64,000 bases of DNA, from NCBI GenBank assembly GCA_049841275.1, contig JASGDN010000061.1, positions 4,784 to 68,783 of the forward strand. Reading direction: 5' to 3'. Below are positions 54,573 through 63,375 of the stretch, one piece after another (position 1 is the stretch's first letter; every line of letters starts with the position of its first letter). Both the position numbers and the translations under genes were made by a program. The notes under the pieces were generated by a model. It made no database searches. It had not been told where the DNA came from and saw nothing but the letters and a program-made list of their open reading frames with translations. This stretch comes from Thermomicrobiales bacterium. GTDB taxonomy: Bacteria > Chloroflexota > Chloroflexia > Thermomicrobiales > UBA6265.

Positions 54573-55700
54573 CTACGAAAGCAGCTCCCGGAGTGCCTCG
54601 ATCACGGGTACTTCCTCGCCGGGTTCCAGCGTCTGCGGGTTGATCGCGATGGTGGCTGGACCGGCCTCGCCCACCGCAATGCGTGGCGTGCCAGCCCAGA
54701 GCGCCGCGATGAGGGCCGTCTTGTCCAGCTTCGCCTCGTCCCCGAGCGTGATCAGGACGCGACCGAAGGGTTGGCCCGCCTCGTTCGGGTAGCCGCGCTC
54801 CGCCGTGATGCCGGGTATCTCGGCAAGACCGGAGAGCCAGTACTGAACGATCCGCTCGTAGTTCTCGATGATCGCATCCTCGTCCTGCGCGAGGGTCCAT
54901 TCGACCGCCGCCAGGATACCGACCAGTTCCTCCTTGCCCACTTTCATCGGGCGGCCGATACTGCTGTTCGGCGAGGCGTTCGGGTAGATATTGTTGATGA
55001 TCGCCTTCTTTCCGAGCACCAGCCCGGATGACTGCGGACCGCGCAACCCCTTGCCCCCGCTGAAGATGACGATGTCAGCCCCGGCCTCCTGGGTGAAGCG
55101 CCAGAAGTTGCGCACCGTGGGGATCTGGGCGGCGGCATCGACCACTACCGGCACGTCGTGGGTGTGGGCAATCTCCACCACCGTCTCGATCGGCACGGCG
55201 TTGGGACCGAGGTGGCCGCCGGCGAACCAAAGCACGGCGGCGGTACGGTCGCTGAAGGCGGCCTCCAGCGAGGCGACGGAATCCTCGATCTCCACGAAAT
55301 CGGCGCCGGTGATGGCGGCTGCATAGTCGTAGCCGTTGCGCTGCGAGCGGTGGATGATGATCTCCGTTCTCGGGAAGCCCTCCAGTTTGGGGAACCCGTG
55401 GATGCGTTCCGGCAGGCCCTCGGTGAGGATCGCCGCCATCGTCAGCGTGATTCCAGCCGCCGCGCCGGAGGAGACGTACGCCGCCTCGTTCTGCGTGGCT
55501 GCCGCGATCTTCGTACTGACCGCACGCTGGAGGTCGACGAGGTCGACGAACGACTTCGCGCCCTGCTGCATGGCGTCGACGACTTCTGGCGGCATGATCG
55601 AGCCGCCGAGCTTGGTCAGGGTTGCGGCGGCGTTGATGACCGGGCGCACGCCGAGGTCGGCCATCCAGTCCTTCTGGGATGTTGACGAGTCTATGACCAT
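54573..55700 (-). CDS. SelA-like PLP-dependent enzyme (DgaE / seryl-tRNA selenium transferase-related family)
   Basis: Start at MVIDSSTSQ (55700). ..VINAAATLTKLGGS..VVVDAAAQIP..FSGGKGLRGPQSSGLVLG carries the PLP-Lys context of the SelA family. The long Arg-rich N-terminal part of the 550-aa ORF is read-through. Confidence 0.78.
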   Translation of the reverse strand: MVIDSSTSQKDWMADLGVRPVINAAATLTKLGGSIMPPEVVDAMQQGAKSFVDLVDLQRAVSTKIAAATQNEAAYVSSGAAAGITLTMAAILTEGLPERIHGFPKLEGFPRTEIIIHRSQRNGYDYAAAITGADFVEIEDSVASLEAAFSDRTAAVLWFAGGHLGPNAVPIETVVEIAHTHDVPVVVDAAAQIPTVRNFWRFTQEAGADIVIFSGGKGLRGPQSSGLVLGKKAIINNIYPNASPNSSIGRPMKVGKEELVGILAAVEWTLAQDEDAIIENYERIVQYWLSGLAEIPGITAERGYPNEAGQPFGRVLITLGDEAKLDKTALIAALWAGTPRIAVGEAGPATIAINPQTLEPGEEVPVIEALRELLS

Positions 55701-56608
55701 GGTCCAAGGTCCTCCGGAATCCAGATGCGGGGTTTCGGTTCGCTGCCGAGCTGGTTCGCCATCCAGGCGTCGATCGCGTCGCGATCGGTCTGGCCTTCGT
55801 GCGTGACCTGATAGAGGTCGACGGCGCCGGTGACTGCGGCGGTCAGGGATGACCACCAGGCGGCATCGCCGGATTTTCCGTCGTCGTTGACGGCCACCAG
55901 GGTGGTCGAGCCAATGCGCGAGGACTGCGCGCCAGGATCGACCAGGGCAAGCGTGTGCCGGACGGCGTTTGCGTGGTTGGGATACGGTCGTACGTAATCG
56001 TTGATCTCCTCGAAGGGATACGCCTCGGTGGCGCGTGCGACCTCCCACAGGCGGTGGAAATGATTTGCCGTCACGGCGACGGCGCTCACCTCGGGCCGTC
56101 GCGCGGCGATGAGCAGCGCGACGTCGTTGCCGTGGAGGCCGATGCGTGCGGCGTCTACCTTGGGATGGTTCGCCAGTATTTCCAGCCCGCGCAGGTGGTC
56201 GGCGAGGACGCCACGATAGATCCACGCGTCCGGATCGGCGATGCCATCGGTGAACATCCCGGGGAAGGCTCCCGCGTAAGGCCAGTCGGCGCCGCGGGTG
56301 CCGCGATACATCAACGTCATCACGACGTAGCGCTGACGATCCTCGTACTGCGGCGGCGTGACGACGCTGGCGTATCCGGGGATGGAGAGCAGGGCTGGAA
56401 AGGGGCCTTCGCCGTGCGGCACGCTGATGTAGGCGGCGATCCGGTAGTTGCCGATGCTGGTGAAGCGGGAGCGATACGTGGTGCTGAACCCGGTCGAATA
56501 GAGCGGGATCTCGAATGACTCCGGGTTGGCCGGGATCGTGGCCAGTTCGGCGTCGATGGCGTCCCAGTAGGCGTCCACCTCGGCAGCGGTCGGAATGGAA
56601 TCGGTCAT
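55691..56608 (-). CDS. Acetyl xylan esterase (AXE1/CE7)-like paralog lacking the GxSQG nucleophile motif
   Basis: Start at MTDSIPTAAEVDAYWDAIDAELA (56608). It can be aligned by eye to the neighbouring AXE1 gene. Where that gene has GVHGSSQGGAL, this one has GLHGNDVALL (no Ser). The Asp (VNDD) and His (THEG) contexts are retained. Confidence 0.75.
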   Translation of the reverse strand: MTDSIPTAAEVDAYWDAIDAELATIPANPESFEIPLYSTGFSTTYRSRFTSIGNYRIAAYISVPHGEGPFPALLSIPGYASVVTPPQYEDRQRYVVMTLMYRGTRGADWPYAGAFPGMFTDGIADPDAWIYRGVLADHLRGLEILANHPKVDAARIGLHGNDVALLIAARRPEVSAVAVTANHFHRLWEVARATEAYPFEEINDYVRPYPNHANAVRHTLALVDPGAQSSRIGSTTLVAVNDDGKSGDAAWWSSLTAAVTGAVDLYQVTHEGQTDRDAIDAWMANQLGSEPKPRIWIPEDLGPWS

Positions 56609-56629
56609 CGGGAAGGGTGCTCCTTGGTC

Positions 56630-56708
56630 GAGAAGTGAGGGATGAGGAGTGAGAAGTGAGACGTCCATCCGTGCCATGGGCATGAAGGGATCTCGTTCCT
56701 CACTTCTC
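56630..56708. repeat. Purine-rich inverted pair GAGAAGTGAGG / CCTCACTTCTC with internal GAGGAGTGAGAAG
   Basis: The arms are at 56630-56640 and 56698-56708, an 11-bp perfect inverted repeat. A variant of the GAGGAGTGAGGA motif is at 56644-56656. This fills the 105-bp spacer between the two esterase genes. Confidence 0.55.
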
Positions 56709-56713
56709 GTTTC

Positions 56714-57712
56714 TCAGCCAACGGTGGTCTGGGGGCGGAGGTTGGCGGTTGGCGTGTTCGGCTTCAGGTGCTCGGCGAGGAAGGCCTCCACCGCCGCCAT
56801 CTCCCAGAAGTTGCCGGCGTCGTGTCCGCAGCGATCGTACGTGTGAAAGGTGACCTCGCTGTTCGAGAGGGCATCGACGAGGTTGTAGGCCGTTTCGGGC
56901 GGGCAGACATCGTCGTTGTGACCGGCGTAGATGAGCATCGGCGCGGTGATGGCAGGAGCGAAGTTGAGGCAGTCGAAGTAGGCGACCGTCTCCCGCATCG
57001 CCGGCTCGCGTTCCGGATAAAGGCGCAGGTACTCGTTCATCTCCTCGTAGGGATAGGAGTGGGTGAGCTTTGCGGCGTCCATGAACCCGGTGAGGTAGGG
57101 CGCTCCGGCGGCTCCGCAGGCGATCAGATCCTTGCGCAGGGCGGATGTGCTGAGGGTGAGGGCGCCGCCCTGGCTGGAGCCGTGGACACCGATGCGGCCG
57201 GGAACGATCTCCGGCAGGGTGGTCATCACGTCGATGGCGCGGGCGGCATCGGCGTAGAAGCCGCGATAGCTGTAGGTGTTCGGGTCGACGATGTTCTGGA
57301 TGAGCAGGCCAGGATAGCCGGGATTGAACTGGCAGTTGGAGCGCAGCTTGCCGCGCGGCGCGACTCCGAATGCCGCGTAGCCCATCTTCGCCCACGACTT
57401 CGGCAGCGTCGGCTCGGAAATATAGCCCGGCACGATGGCGAGGCCGGGATACGGTCCGGCGATGTAGTCCTCACGCGGGCGGCAGTACCACCCGGCGATG
57501 CGGACGCCATCGAGGCTGGTGTAGTGGGCCTCGAAGACTTCCACCTCCGGAGTGGAGCGCATCGGGACCGCCGTGAACTCCGGATCGAGCGGGGTGGCCG
57601 CGAGTTCCGCTTCGACGGCCTCCCAGAAGGCGTCGAAGTTGGCAGGTCTGTGGACGCTGGACTGGAACTGATCGGGGCGACCCCGGCGGGCCGGCCGGAT
57701 GGGCGTGGTCAT
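56714..57712 (-). CDS. Acetyl xylan esterase / cephalosporin-C deacetylase family (AXE1, CE7)
   Basis: Start at MTTPIRPARRG (57712). Contains ..FDAFWEAVEAELAATPL..VFEAHYTSLDGVRIAGWY..GVHGSSQGGAL (nucleophile elbow)..HNDDVCPP..RCGHD. 332 aa. Confidence 0.85.
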   Translation of the reverse strand: MTTPIRPARRGRPDQFQSSVHRPANFDAFWEAVEAELAATPLDPEFTAVPMRSTPEVEVFEAHYTSLDGVRIAGWYCRPREDYIAGPYPGLAIVPGYISEPTLPKSWAKMGYAAFGVAPRGKLRSNCQFNPGYPGLLIQNIVDPNTYSYRGFYADAARAIDVMTTLPEIVPGRIGVHGSSQGGALTLSTSALRKDLIACGAAGAPYLTGFMDAAKLTHSYPYEEMNEYLRLYPEREPAMRETVAYFDCLNFAPAITAPMLIYAGHNDDVCPPETAYNLVDALSNSEVTFHTYDRCGHDAGNFWEMAAVEAFLAEHLKPNTPTANLRPQTTVG

Positions 57713-57920
57713 GACTGGACCCCTTTCCGCGAAGGACGAACGATGGCCGATGACAAGGTGAGGTGGACCTGACGGGTGTGCTGGGGCGCATCTTCGGGGC
57801 AGGTTGAACGCTTGGCAAGAGGGGGGATTTCCGGTGTCGCCGTCGGTGAGGCGGTAGGCCATACTCACGATGTGTCCTGGCTGATCGGATTGGGCGGAGC
57901 CTGTGTGTCCGGAGTCGTGC

Positions 57921-60707
57921 ATGTCGTTTGGGCTATTCATGTTGCTGCTTGTGGCGTTCTGTGCGGCGGCGTTTGCAGTGGCAGATGTTCGTCGTCGCAT
58001 GGTGGATCGGCGTGCAGCGATACTAGCGCGGCGCGCCGAGGAGGACCGCCTCCGGGACCGTGAGCGGGAAGGATATCGGCGCCAGGTTGGCGAGGCGTAT
58101 TCGATCCTGCGCGCGGCTGTGGCCGACCTGCGCGCTGCGGAGTACCTGGCGCAATCGGAGATCCCGGCATGGGCCGACGCGCACCAGGACGCGATCGCGG
58201 CGGCTCGATTGATGCCACATGCTGATCTCTTGCCATTCGACCAGCAGCAGGAATTCCGTCGCTGGTGCGGGTATTTCGCCGATCTTCCGGTGGCGATCGA
58301 ACGACACAATGAGCACGTTGTCGCTCGCCAGATGGAGGAAAATGCCGGGTTCTTCGATCGTGTGGTTGGCAATCCGCTCACCGTGCGTCAGCGTGAGGCC
58401 ATTCTCACGAACGAAGACACGACACTGGTCGTGGCGGGGGCGGGGACTGGCAAGACGAGCGTGATTGTCGGCAAGGTCGGTTGGCTTCTCCATCATGGCC
58501 TGGCGCAGCCCGACGAAATCCTCGTGCTCGCCTACAACAGGCTCGCCGCGGATGAAGTAGCCGGACGGTTGAAGGAGATTCCGGGTGCCGAGCAGGTAAC
58601 GGCAACCACAATGCACGCCTTCGGACTCTCCCTGCTCGCGAAAGTCAGGGGCACGAAGCCGTCGCTCTCACCGCTGGCGGAGGATCGTTGGCGCCTCGCT
58701 CGCCTGATCCGGGATCGGCTCAAGGCGATGCTTGCCGATCCGGATCAGCGTCGTGTGTTGCTCGACCTTGCAACACGACACCTCGAGGCGATGCCGGATT
58801 TCTCGGCGGAGCCAGCGTCCGACAACGAACGTCGCGACATCCAGGGCGTGATGGCTTCGCTGCGTACCGTACCCAATCAGCCGGTTGAGATCGACGAGCG
58901 ATCGGCCGCTGAATGGGCATGGCTTCTGCGCCATGGACGGCAGGCTCGTCGCGACCTCACCGGAATCAGGATGCGGAGCCGCCAGGAGGTGAAGATCGCC
59001 AACTGGCTCACGCTCAACGGTATCCGCTGGGAATACGAAAGGTCGTATACCTTCTCCACTGCGACCGCCGAGCACCGGCAATACAAACCCGATTTCTATC
59101 TCCCCGATCATGATCTCTGGATCGAGCACTATGGTGTTGGTCGGCATGGTGAAACGGTGCGGAATATCGACCGGCAGAAATATGCCGACAGCATGGCCTG
59201 GAAGAGGCGTACCCATCTCTCCCATGGCACCCGTTGTATCGAGACGTTCAGTTACCAGGACATGGATGGCACGCTCTTCCCGAAACTCGAAGCCCGGCTG
59301 CGTAAGGAAGGTGTCGCGGCTCGACCGCTCACCGCGCAGGAAATTGCCCGGCTGGTCGATAGCCGGGGATCGGGATTCGACTGGTTGGTGACCCTGATCG
59401 GGACTGCATGTGGTCTCCACCGTGGAAACGGGAAGGCCCGTGAGTCCGTTGTCGCGCGTGCGTCCACCGAGCGCGATCACCGGTTCCTGGAGGTGCTCTT
59501 TGCGGTTGTGTCGGACTATGAGGCGGTGCTCAGGCAGAGCGGCGAGATCGACTTTGACGACATGATCCTGCGTGCGCGGGAATATCTTCGGAGCGGAGCC
59601 GCAAAACCCTCGTTCCGGTATATCCTCGTCGATGAATTCCAGGATATCATAGAGAATCGCCTCGGCTTGCTGCAGGATCTCCGGCGACACGTTCCGCATG
59701 TACGCCTGTTCGTCGTCGGGGACGATTGGCAGTCGATCTATCGCTTCAATGGCAGCGACGTGGGGCTGATGATCGATCTGGCGAAGCATGTTGGTGCGAC
59801 GGCGCGCGTCGACCTTGATGTGACATTCCGGTATGGACCGGAATTGCTGAAGGTTTCTTCGGATTTTATCCAGAAAAATCCGGCACAGCTGCGGAAGACG
59901 ATGCATTCTAGCCGCGTTTCCGTAGGAGCATCCTGTCAACCGATTTGCGTTATTGCATCCGCATGGACCGCGAGCGAACCGAAACCGACCATGCGGGTGC
60001 TCCGGGATGTCCTCAACGACATCCATCGACGGCGCACGCTGGAACGTGAGACGAATGAAGTCAGCGTGCTCGTTCTGGGGCGGTATAACGCCACCGAACC
60101 GGAAGGATTCGTGCAGTTGCAACGCGAGGCTGCTGCACGTGGCATTGGGTTGACCTTTTCGACGGTGCATCGGGCCAAGGGTATGGAGGCAGACTATGTC
60201 GTGCTGCTTCGGGTGACTGATGGATTCAACGGGTTTCCCGCCGAGATCGAGGATGACCCGGTACTTCGCCTTTTCACGGCGGTGCCGGACTCATTCCCCA
60301 ATGCCGAGGAACGGCGCCTTTTCTATGTTGCGATCACGCGGGCAAGGAGGCGAGTCTACATCACGACATTCTCTGGACAGCACTCCCGGTTCATCGACGA
60401 GGACCTGCTTGCCGACGACGCTCTTCCATTTGTCGAGCGTTGTGGTGACCTTGCCAATCGATATCGTTGTCCGGATTGTGGCGAACTCTCGATTGTGAAG
60501 ACCGAACATGGGCATGGCTTCTGGTGGCGATGCATACGGTACCCACGTTGTACGGGGCAGCTGCCGAGATGCCCGATGTGCGTTGGGGGCGGTCTGGAAA
60601 CGGTGTCTTCAGCGGACAGGCAGGATGTGATGGTCTGTACCGAGTGCCAGTATGTGACACCGCATCATGGTGCTGAATCCAGGGATGCAAGACGGCGGTC
60701 GAGATGA
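57921..60707 (+). CDS. Helicase IV (HelD)-like UvrD-family SF1 helicase with N-terminal TM helix, inserted PD-(D/E)xK-like module and C-terminal zinc ribbons
   Basis: TM helix MSFGLFMLLLVAFCAAAFAV. The helicase-IV N-domain ends ..ERHNEHVVARQMEENAGFFDRVVGNPLT. Walker A is VVAGAGTGKTS. ..ILVDEFQDI..VVGDDWQSIYRFNG..VHRAKGMEADYVVL..FYVAITRARRRVY. The insert at ~58971-59253 is SRQEVKIANWLTLNGIRWEYE..YKPDFYLPDHDLWIEHYG. The tail is CPDCG..WWRCIRYPRC..CPMC..CTEC. GTG 57903 is an alternative start. Confidence 0.85.
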   Translation: MSFGLFMLLLVAFCAAAFAVADVRRRMVDRRAAILARRAEEDRLRDREREGYRRQVGEAYSILRAAVADLRAAEYLAQSEIPAWADAHQDAIAAARLMPHADLLPFDQQQEFRRWCGYFADLPVAIERHNEHVVARQMEENAGFFDRVVGNPLTVRQREAILTNEDTTLVVAGAGTGKTSVIVGKVGWLLHHGLAQPDEILVLAYNRLAADEVAGRLKEIPGAEQVTATTMHAFGLSLLAKVRGTKPSLSPLAEDRWRLARLIRDRLKAMLADPDQRRVLLDLATRHLEAMPDFSAEPASDNERRDIQGVMASLRTVPNQPVEIDERSAAEWAWLLRHGRQARRDLTGIRMRSRQEVKIANWLTLNGIRWEYERSYTFSTATAEHRQYKPDFYLPDHDLWIEHYGVGRHGETVRNIDRQKYADSMAWKRRTHLSHGTRCIETFSYQDMDGTLFPKLEARLRKEGVAARPLTAQEIARLVDSRGSGFDWLVTLIGTACGLHRGNGKARESVVARASTERDHRFLEVLFAVVSDYEAVLRQSGEIDFDDMILRAREYLRSGAAKPSFRYILVDEFQDIIENRLGLLQDLRRHVPHVRLFVVGDDWQSIYRFNGSDVGLMIDLAKHVGATARVDLDVTFRYGPELLKVSSDFIQKNPAQLRKTMHSSRVSVGASCQPICVIASAWTASEPKPTMRVLRDVLNDIHRRRTLERETNEVSVLVLGRYNATEPEGFVQLQREAAARGIGLTFSTVHRAKGMEADYVVLLRVTDGFNGFPAEIEDDPVLRLFTAVPDSFPNAEERRLFYVAITRARRRVYITTFSGQHSRFIDEDLLADDALPFVERCGDLANRYRCPDCGELSIVKTEHGHGFWWRCIRYPRCTGQLPRCPMCVGGGLETVSSADRQDVMVCTECQYVTPHHGAESRDARRRSR

Positions 60708-61969
60708 CGCCGTTCGGCGGTGTTCTGCGTGAGGGCATAGGCCCGCAACAGCGCCTCCTTCGCGGCATCGGTATCACCGGAACGGGCCAACAGTTCGCCG
60801 CGGGCCGCGTGGAAGAGGTGGTAGGTCTCCAGTCCGTCGATGCCATCCAGCAGCGCCACTCCGGCCTGCGGACCTTCCGCCATCGCGACGGCCACGGCAT
60901 GGTTGAGCGCTACCACCGGGGATGAGGTCATCCGGCCGAGCGTGGCATAGCATGTGGCGATGGCGGTCCAGTCCGTGTCGCTGGCGGTGTGGGCATTGGC
61001 GTGGCAGCCGGCGATCATTGCCTGCACCTGGTAGGGACCGGGCGTCATCTGCAATGTCGCCGTATGCAGCACCCGGTTCGCCCGGTCGATGAGCGCGGAA
61101 TCCCAGAGCGCGCGGTCCTGGTCCTCCAGCATCACCAGATCGCCGCCGGCATCCAGGCGGGTTCCGGCCCGGGCATGATGGTAGAGCTCCAGCGCCAGCA
61201 GCCCCTTCGTCTCCGCCGACGCTGGCAGGAGGTTCGCGGCATGCGTTGTCAGCCGGATAGCCTCCGCGCAGAGGTCCGTCCTTAGGGGGTTCGCGTCGCC
61301 ACGCGCCAGGTAGCCTTCATTGAAGATCAGGTAGAGCACGCCCAACAGCGCATCGATCCGTTCACCAAGGTCGTGCGGGATCGAGAGCGGAATGCGTGCA
61401 TCCCGGATCTTGCGCTTGGCCCGCACGATGCGCTGGGCGAGTGTCGATTCGGACAGCAGCAAGGCGGCGGCGATCTCCCCGGTCGTCAGGCCACCGACGA
61501 GGCGCAGGGTCAACGCGACCTGCGTATCGCGGTCGAGGGCGGGGTGACAGCACAGCAGGATGAGACGGAGCTGTTCGTCGCCGGGCATGAGGGGATTGGC
61601 TTCGGGATCGAGGAGGTGCATGGTCCCGGAGTCGTCAGGAGCCAGCGGATCGGGTTGCGCGTCGATCAGGTCCGGGGCGGCAGCGAGCATTCGGCGGCGG
61701 GAGCTTGCCTCACGACGCACCAGGTCGATGGCCTTGTTGCGGGCAACGGCATGCAGCCAGGCGGCGGGATTTGCCGGGATGCCGCGCTGGGGCCAGGTTT
61801 CGGCGGCCTCGATCAGCGCCTCCTGGACCGCATCGTCGGCGAGCGAAAGATCGCCCACGCGGGCGGCGAGGAGGGCGAGAATGCGCCCGCTCTCCTCGCG
61901 CGCCAGGTGGGTGATGGCGTGTTCCACGTCGGCCCGGCTCGGTTGTCGTTGTTCTGAAGCCGCTGCCAT
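60665..61969 (-). CDS. ECF-type RNA polymerase sigma factor with long C-terminal helical extension
   Basis: Region 2 is ..LADDAVQEALIEAAETWPQRGIPANPAAWLHAVARNKAIDLVRRE. Region 4 is ..LTTGEIAAALLLSESTLAQRIVRAKRKI. A ~230-aa extension follows. Its 3' end overlaps the helicase gene's 3' end by 43 bp (convergent). Confidence 0.85.
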   Translation of the reverse strand: MAAASEQRQPSRADVEHAITHLAREESGRILALLAARVGDLSLADDAVQEALIEAAETWPQRGIPANPAAWLHAVARNKAIDLVRREASSRRRMLAAAPDLIDAQPDPLAPDDSGTMHLLDPEANPLMPGDEQLRLILLCCHPALDRDTQVALTLRLVGGLTTGEIAAALLLSESTLAQRIVRAKRKIRDARIPLSIPHDLGERIDALLGVLYLIFNEGYLARGDANPLRTDLCAEAIRLTTHAANLLPASAETKGLLALELYHHARAGTRLDAGGDLVMLEDQDRALWDSALIDRANRVLHTATLQMTPGPYQVQAMIAGCHANAHTASDTDWTAIATCYATLGRMTSSPVVALNHAVAVAMAEGPQAGVALLDGIDGLETYHLFHAARGELLARSGDTDAAKEALLRAYALTQNTAERRHLDRRLASLDSAP

Positions 61970-61978
61970 CCGTGTCGT

Positions 61979-62344
61979 CTACGCCAGCGGGTTGGGGCGA
62001 TACAGGATGGGCCGGACCTCCACAGAGCCCCGATCGACTGGAACCTGCTTCGCGAGAGTGAGGGCCTCGTCGAGGTCGGCGGCGGTGATGAGATAGAACC
62101 CGGCGATCACCTCCTTCGTTTCGGCAAACGGGCCGTCGCTTACCAGTGGGGTGGCGCCGGACGCCTTGCGGACGGTGGTGGCGGTGGAAACCGGTTGCAG
62201 GCTGCCGCCGCCGAGCCAGTGGTCGCCTTCCAGCAGCATCTGGTTGAAGGCGCTCCAGCGCGCCATCATCTCGTCGAAATCTGGAGTGCCGGGCGTCGAC
62301 ATCGGAACGTCGGGGTCCTGGGCGATGATCAGCATGTATTCCAC
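61979..62344 (-). CDS. YciI-like (YCII domain) protein, co-operonic with the sigma factor
   Basis: The GTG at 62344, preceded by AGGAG, gives (M)EYMLIIAQDP... ..LVSDGPFAETKEVIAGFYLI..LDEALTLAKQVP is the YCII signature. An alternative ATG is at 62335. Confidence 0.8.
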   Translation of the reverse strand: MEYMLIIAQDPDVPMSTPGTPDFDEMMARWSAFNQMLLEGDHWLGGGSLQPVSTATTVRKASGATPLVSDGPFAETKEVIAGFYLITAADLDEALTLAKQVPVDRGSVEVRPILYRPNPLA

Positions 62345-62472
62345 GGTGCGTGCTCCTGTCCGTGATGGGTGCGAGAGGGAAGGGACCCGTTTGCCCCTTC
62401 CTGCATGCATGACGCATCGTCCCGGCGAAATCGACAGGAACGAGACGGGCAACCTATAACGCAGGAACGGAG

Positions 62473-63375
62473 CTACTTCCGGGAACGCGGATCGAGGGCG
62501 TCGCGGAGGCCATCGCCAACGAAGTTTATGGCCAGCACGGCGACGATGATGGTGACGCCCGGCGGGACCCAGAGCCAGGGCATCTCCTCCAGCGTCGTGA
62601 TCGATTGCGCGCCGTTCAGCATGTTGCCCCAACTCGCGGTCGGCGGCTGCACGCCGAGACCGAGGAAGCTGAGGCCTGCTTCGAGTAGGATCGCCTGCGC
62701 GATGCCGAAGGTCGCGTTCACGATCACCGGCGTCGTCGCGTTCGGCAGGATATGGCGGAAGATGATGCGGGCGTTTGCGGCGCCGGTGGAGCGCGACGCG
62801 ATCACGAAATCCCGCTCGCGCAAGGTCAGGAACTCGCCGCGCACGAGCCGGGAGATTGGGGGCCAGCCCATCAGGCCGATCACCAGCATCACGTTCAGGA
62901 TGCTCGGTCCGAGGATCGAGACGATCGTGATGATGACGATGATCGAGGGGAACGACAGCACCATATCGGCGATGCGCATGATGATGGTATCGACCCATCC
63001 GCCGAAGAACCCCGCGATGCCGCCCAGCACCGTGCCGATCGCCACGTAGATGCTCACCGCGACGAACCCGACCGCGAGCGAGATGCGGGCGGCGTACATC
63101 AGCCGGCTCAGGACATCGCGGCCCTGGGCGTCCGTGCCGAGCAGGTAGGTGAGGTTGGGCGGCTTGCGGTAGTTGGCGAGCGAGACGGCGTTCGGCGGAT
63201 GCGGAGCAAGCAGCGGTGCGGCGATCGCGACGACGACGATGATCGCGAGCACCACCGCGCCGGCGACGGCAAGCTTGTGCCGGCGGAACCGCGACCAGAC
63301 GGTTGGACTGCTGCGTGGCGTCTGGGCGGCGACGGCTGCCAGCGACGGAGCGTTCGCAACGGCAGTCTGGCTCAT
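62473..63375 (-). CDS. ABC peptide/nickel transporter permease (DppC/OppC type)
   Basis: 300 aa. Contains ..LLGTDAQGRDVLSRLMYAARISL..DFVIASRSTGAANARIIFRHILPN.., the OppC-type EAA loop. Confidence 0.88.
   Translation of the reverse strand: MSQTAVANAPSLAAVAAQTPRSSPTVWSRFRRHKLAVAGAVVLAIIVVVAIAAPLLAPHPPNAVSLANYRKPPNLTYLLGTDAQGRDVLSRLMYAARISLAVGFVAVSIYVAIGTVLGGIAGFFGGWVDTIIMRIADMVLSFPSIIVIITIVSILGPSILNVMLVIGLMGWPPISRLVRGEFLTLRERDFVIASRSTGAANARIIFRHILPNATTPVIVNATFGIAQAILLEAGLSFLGLGVQPPTASWGNMLNGAQSITTLEEMPWLWVPPGVTIIVAVLAINFVGDGLRDALDPRSRK

Noticed and set aside
55701-58381. N-terminal extensions of ORFs 54573-56225 and 56714-58381 (Arg/Pro-rich, 175 and 223 extra codons)
   Set aside because: Homology begins at internal Met codons (55700 and 57712) with plausible RBS spacing. 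The extensions overlap the upstream genes and have non-native composition.
51150-60707. Calling the decayed accessory region (NYN remnant, MerR, RidA, Fic remnant, esterases, helicase) a mobile element or genomic island feature
   Set aside because: No integrase, transposase, flanking tRNA or direct-repeat boundaries are visible. Composition changes are patchy. I describe it as an accessory region in the findings but do not annotate it as a mobile element.
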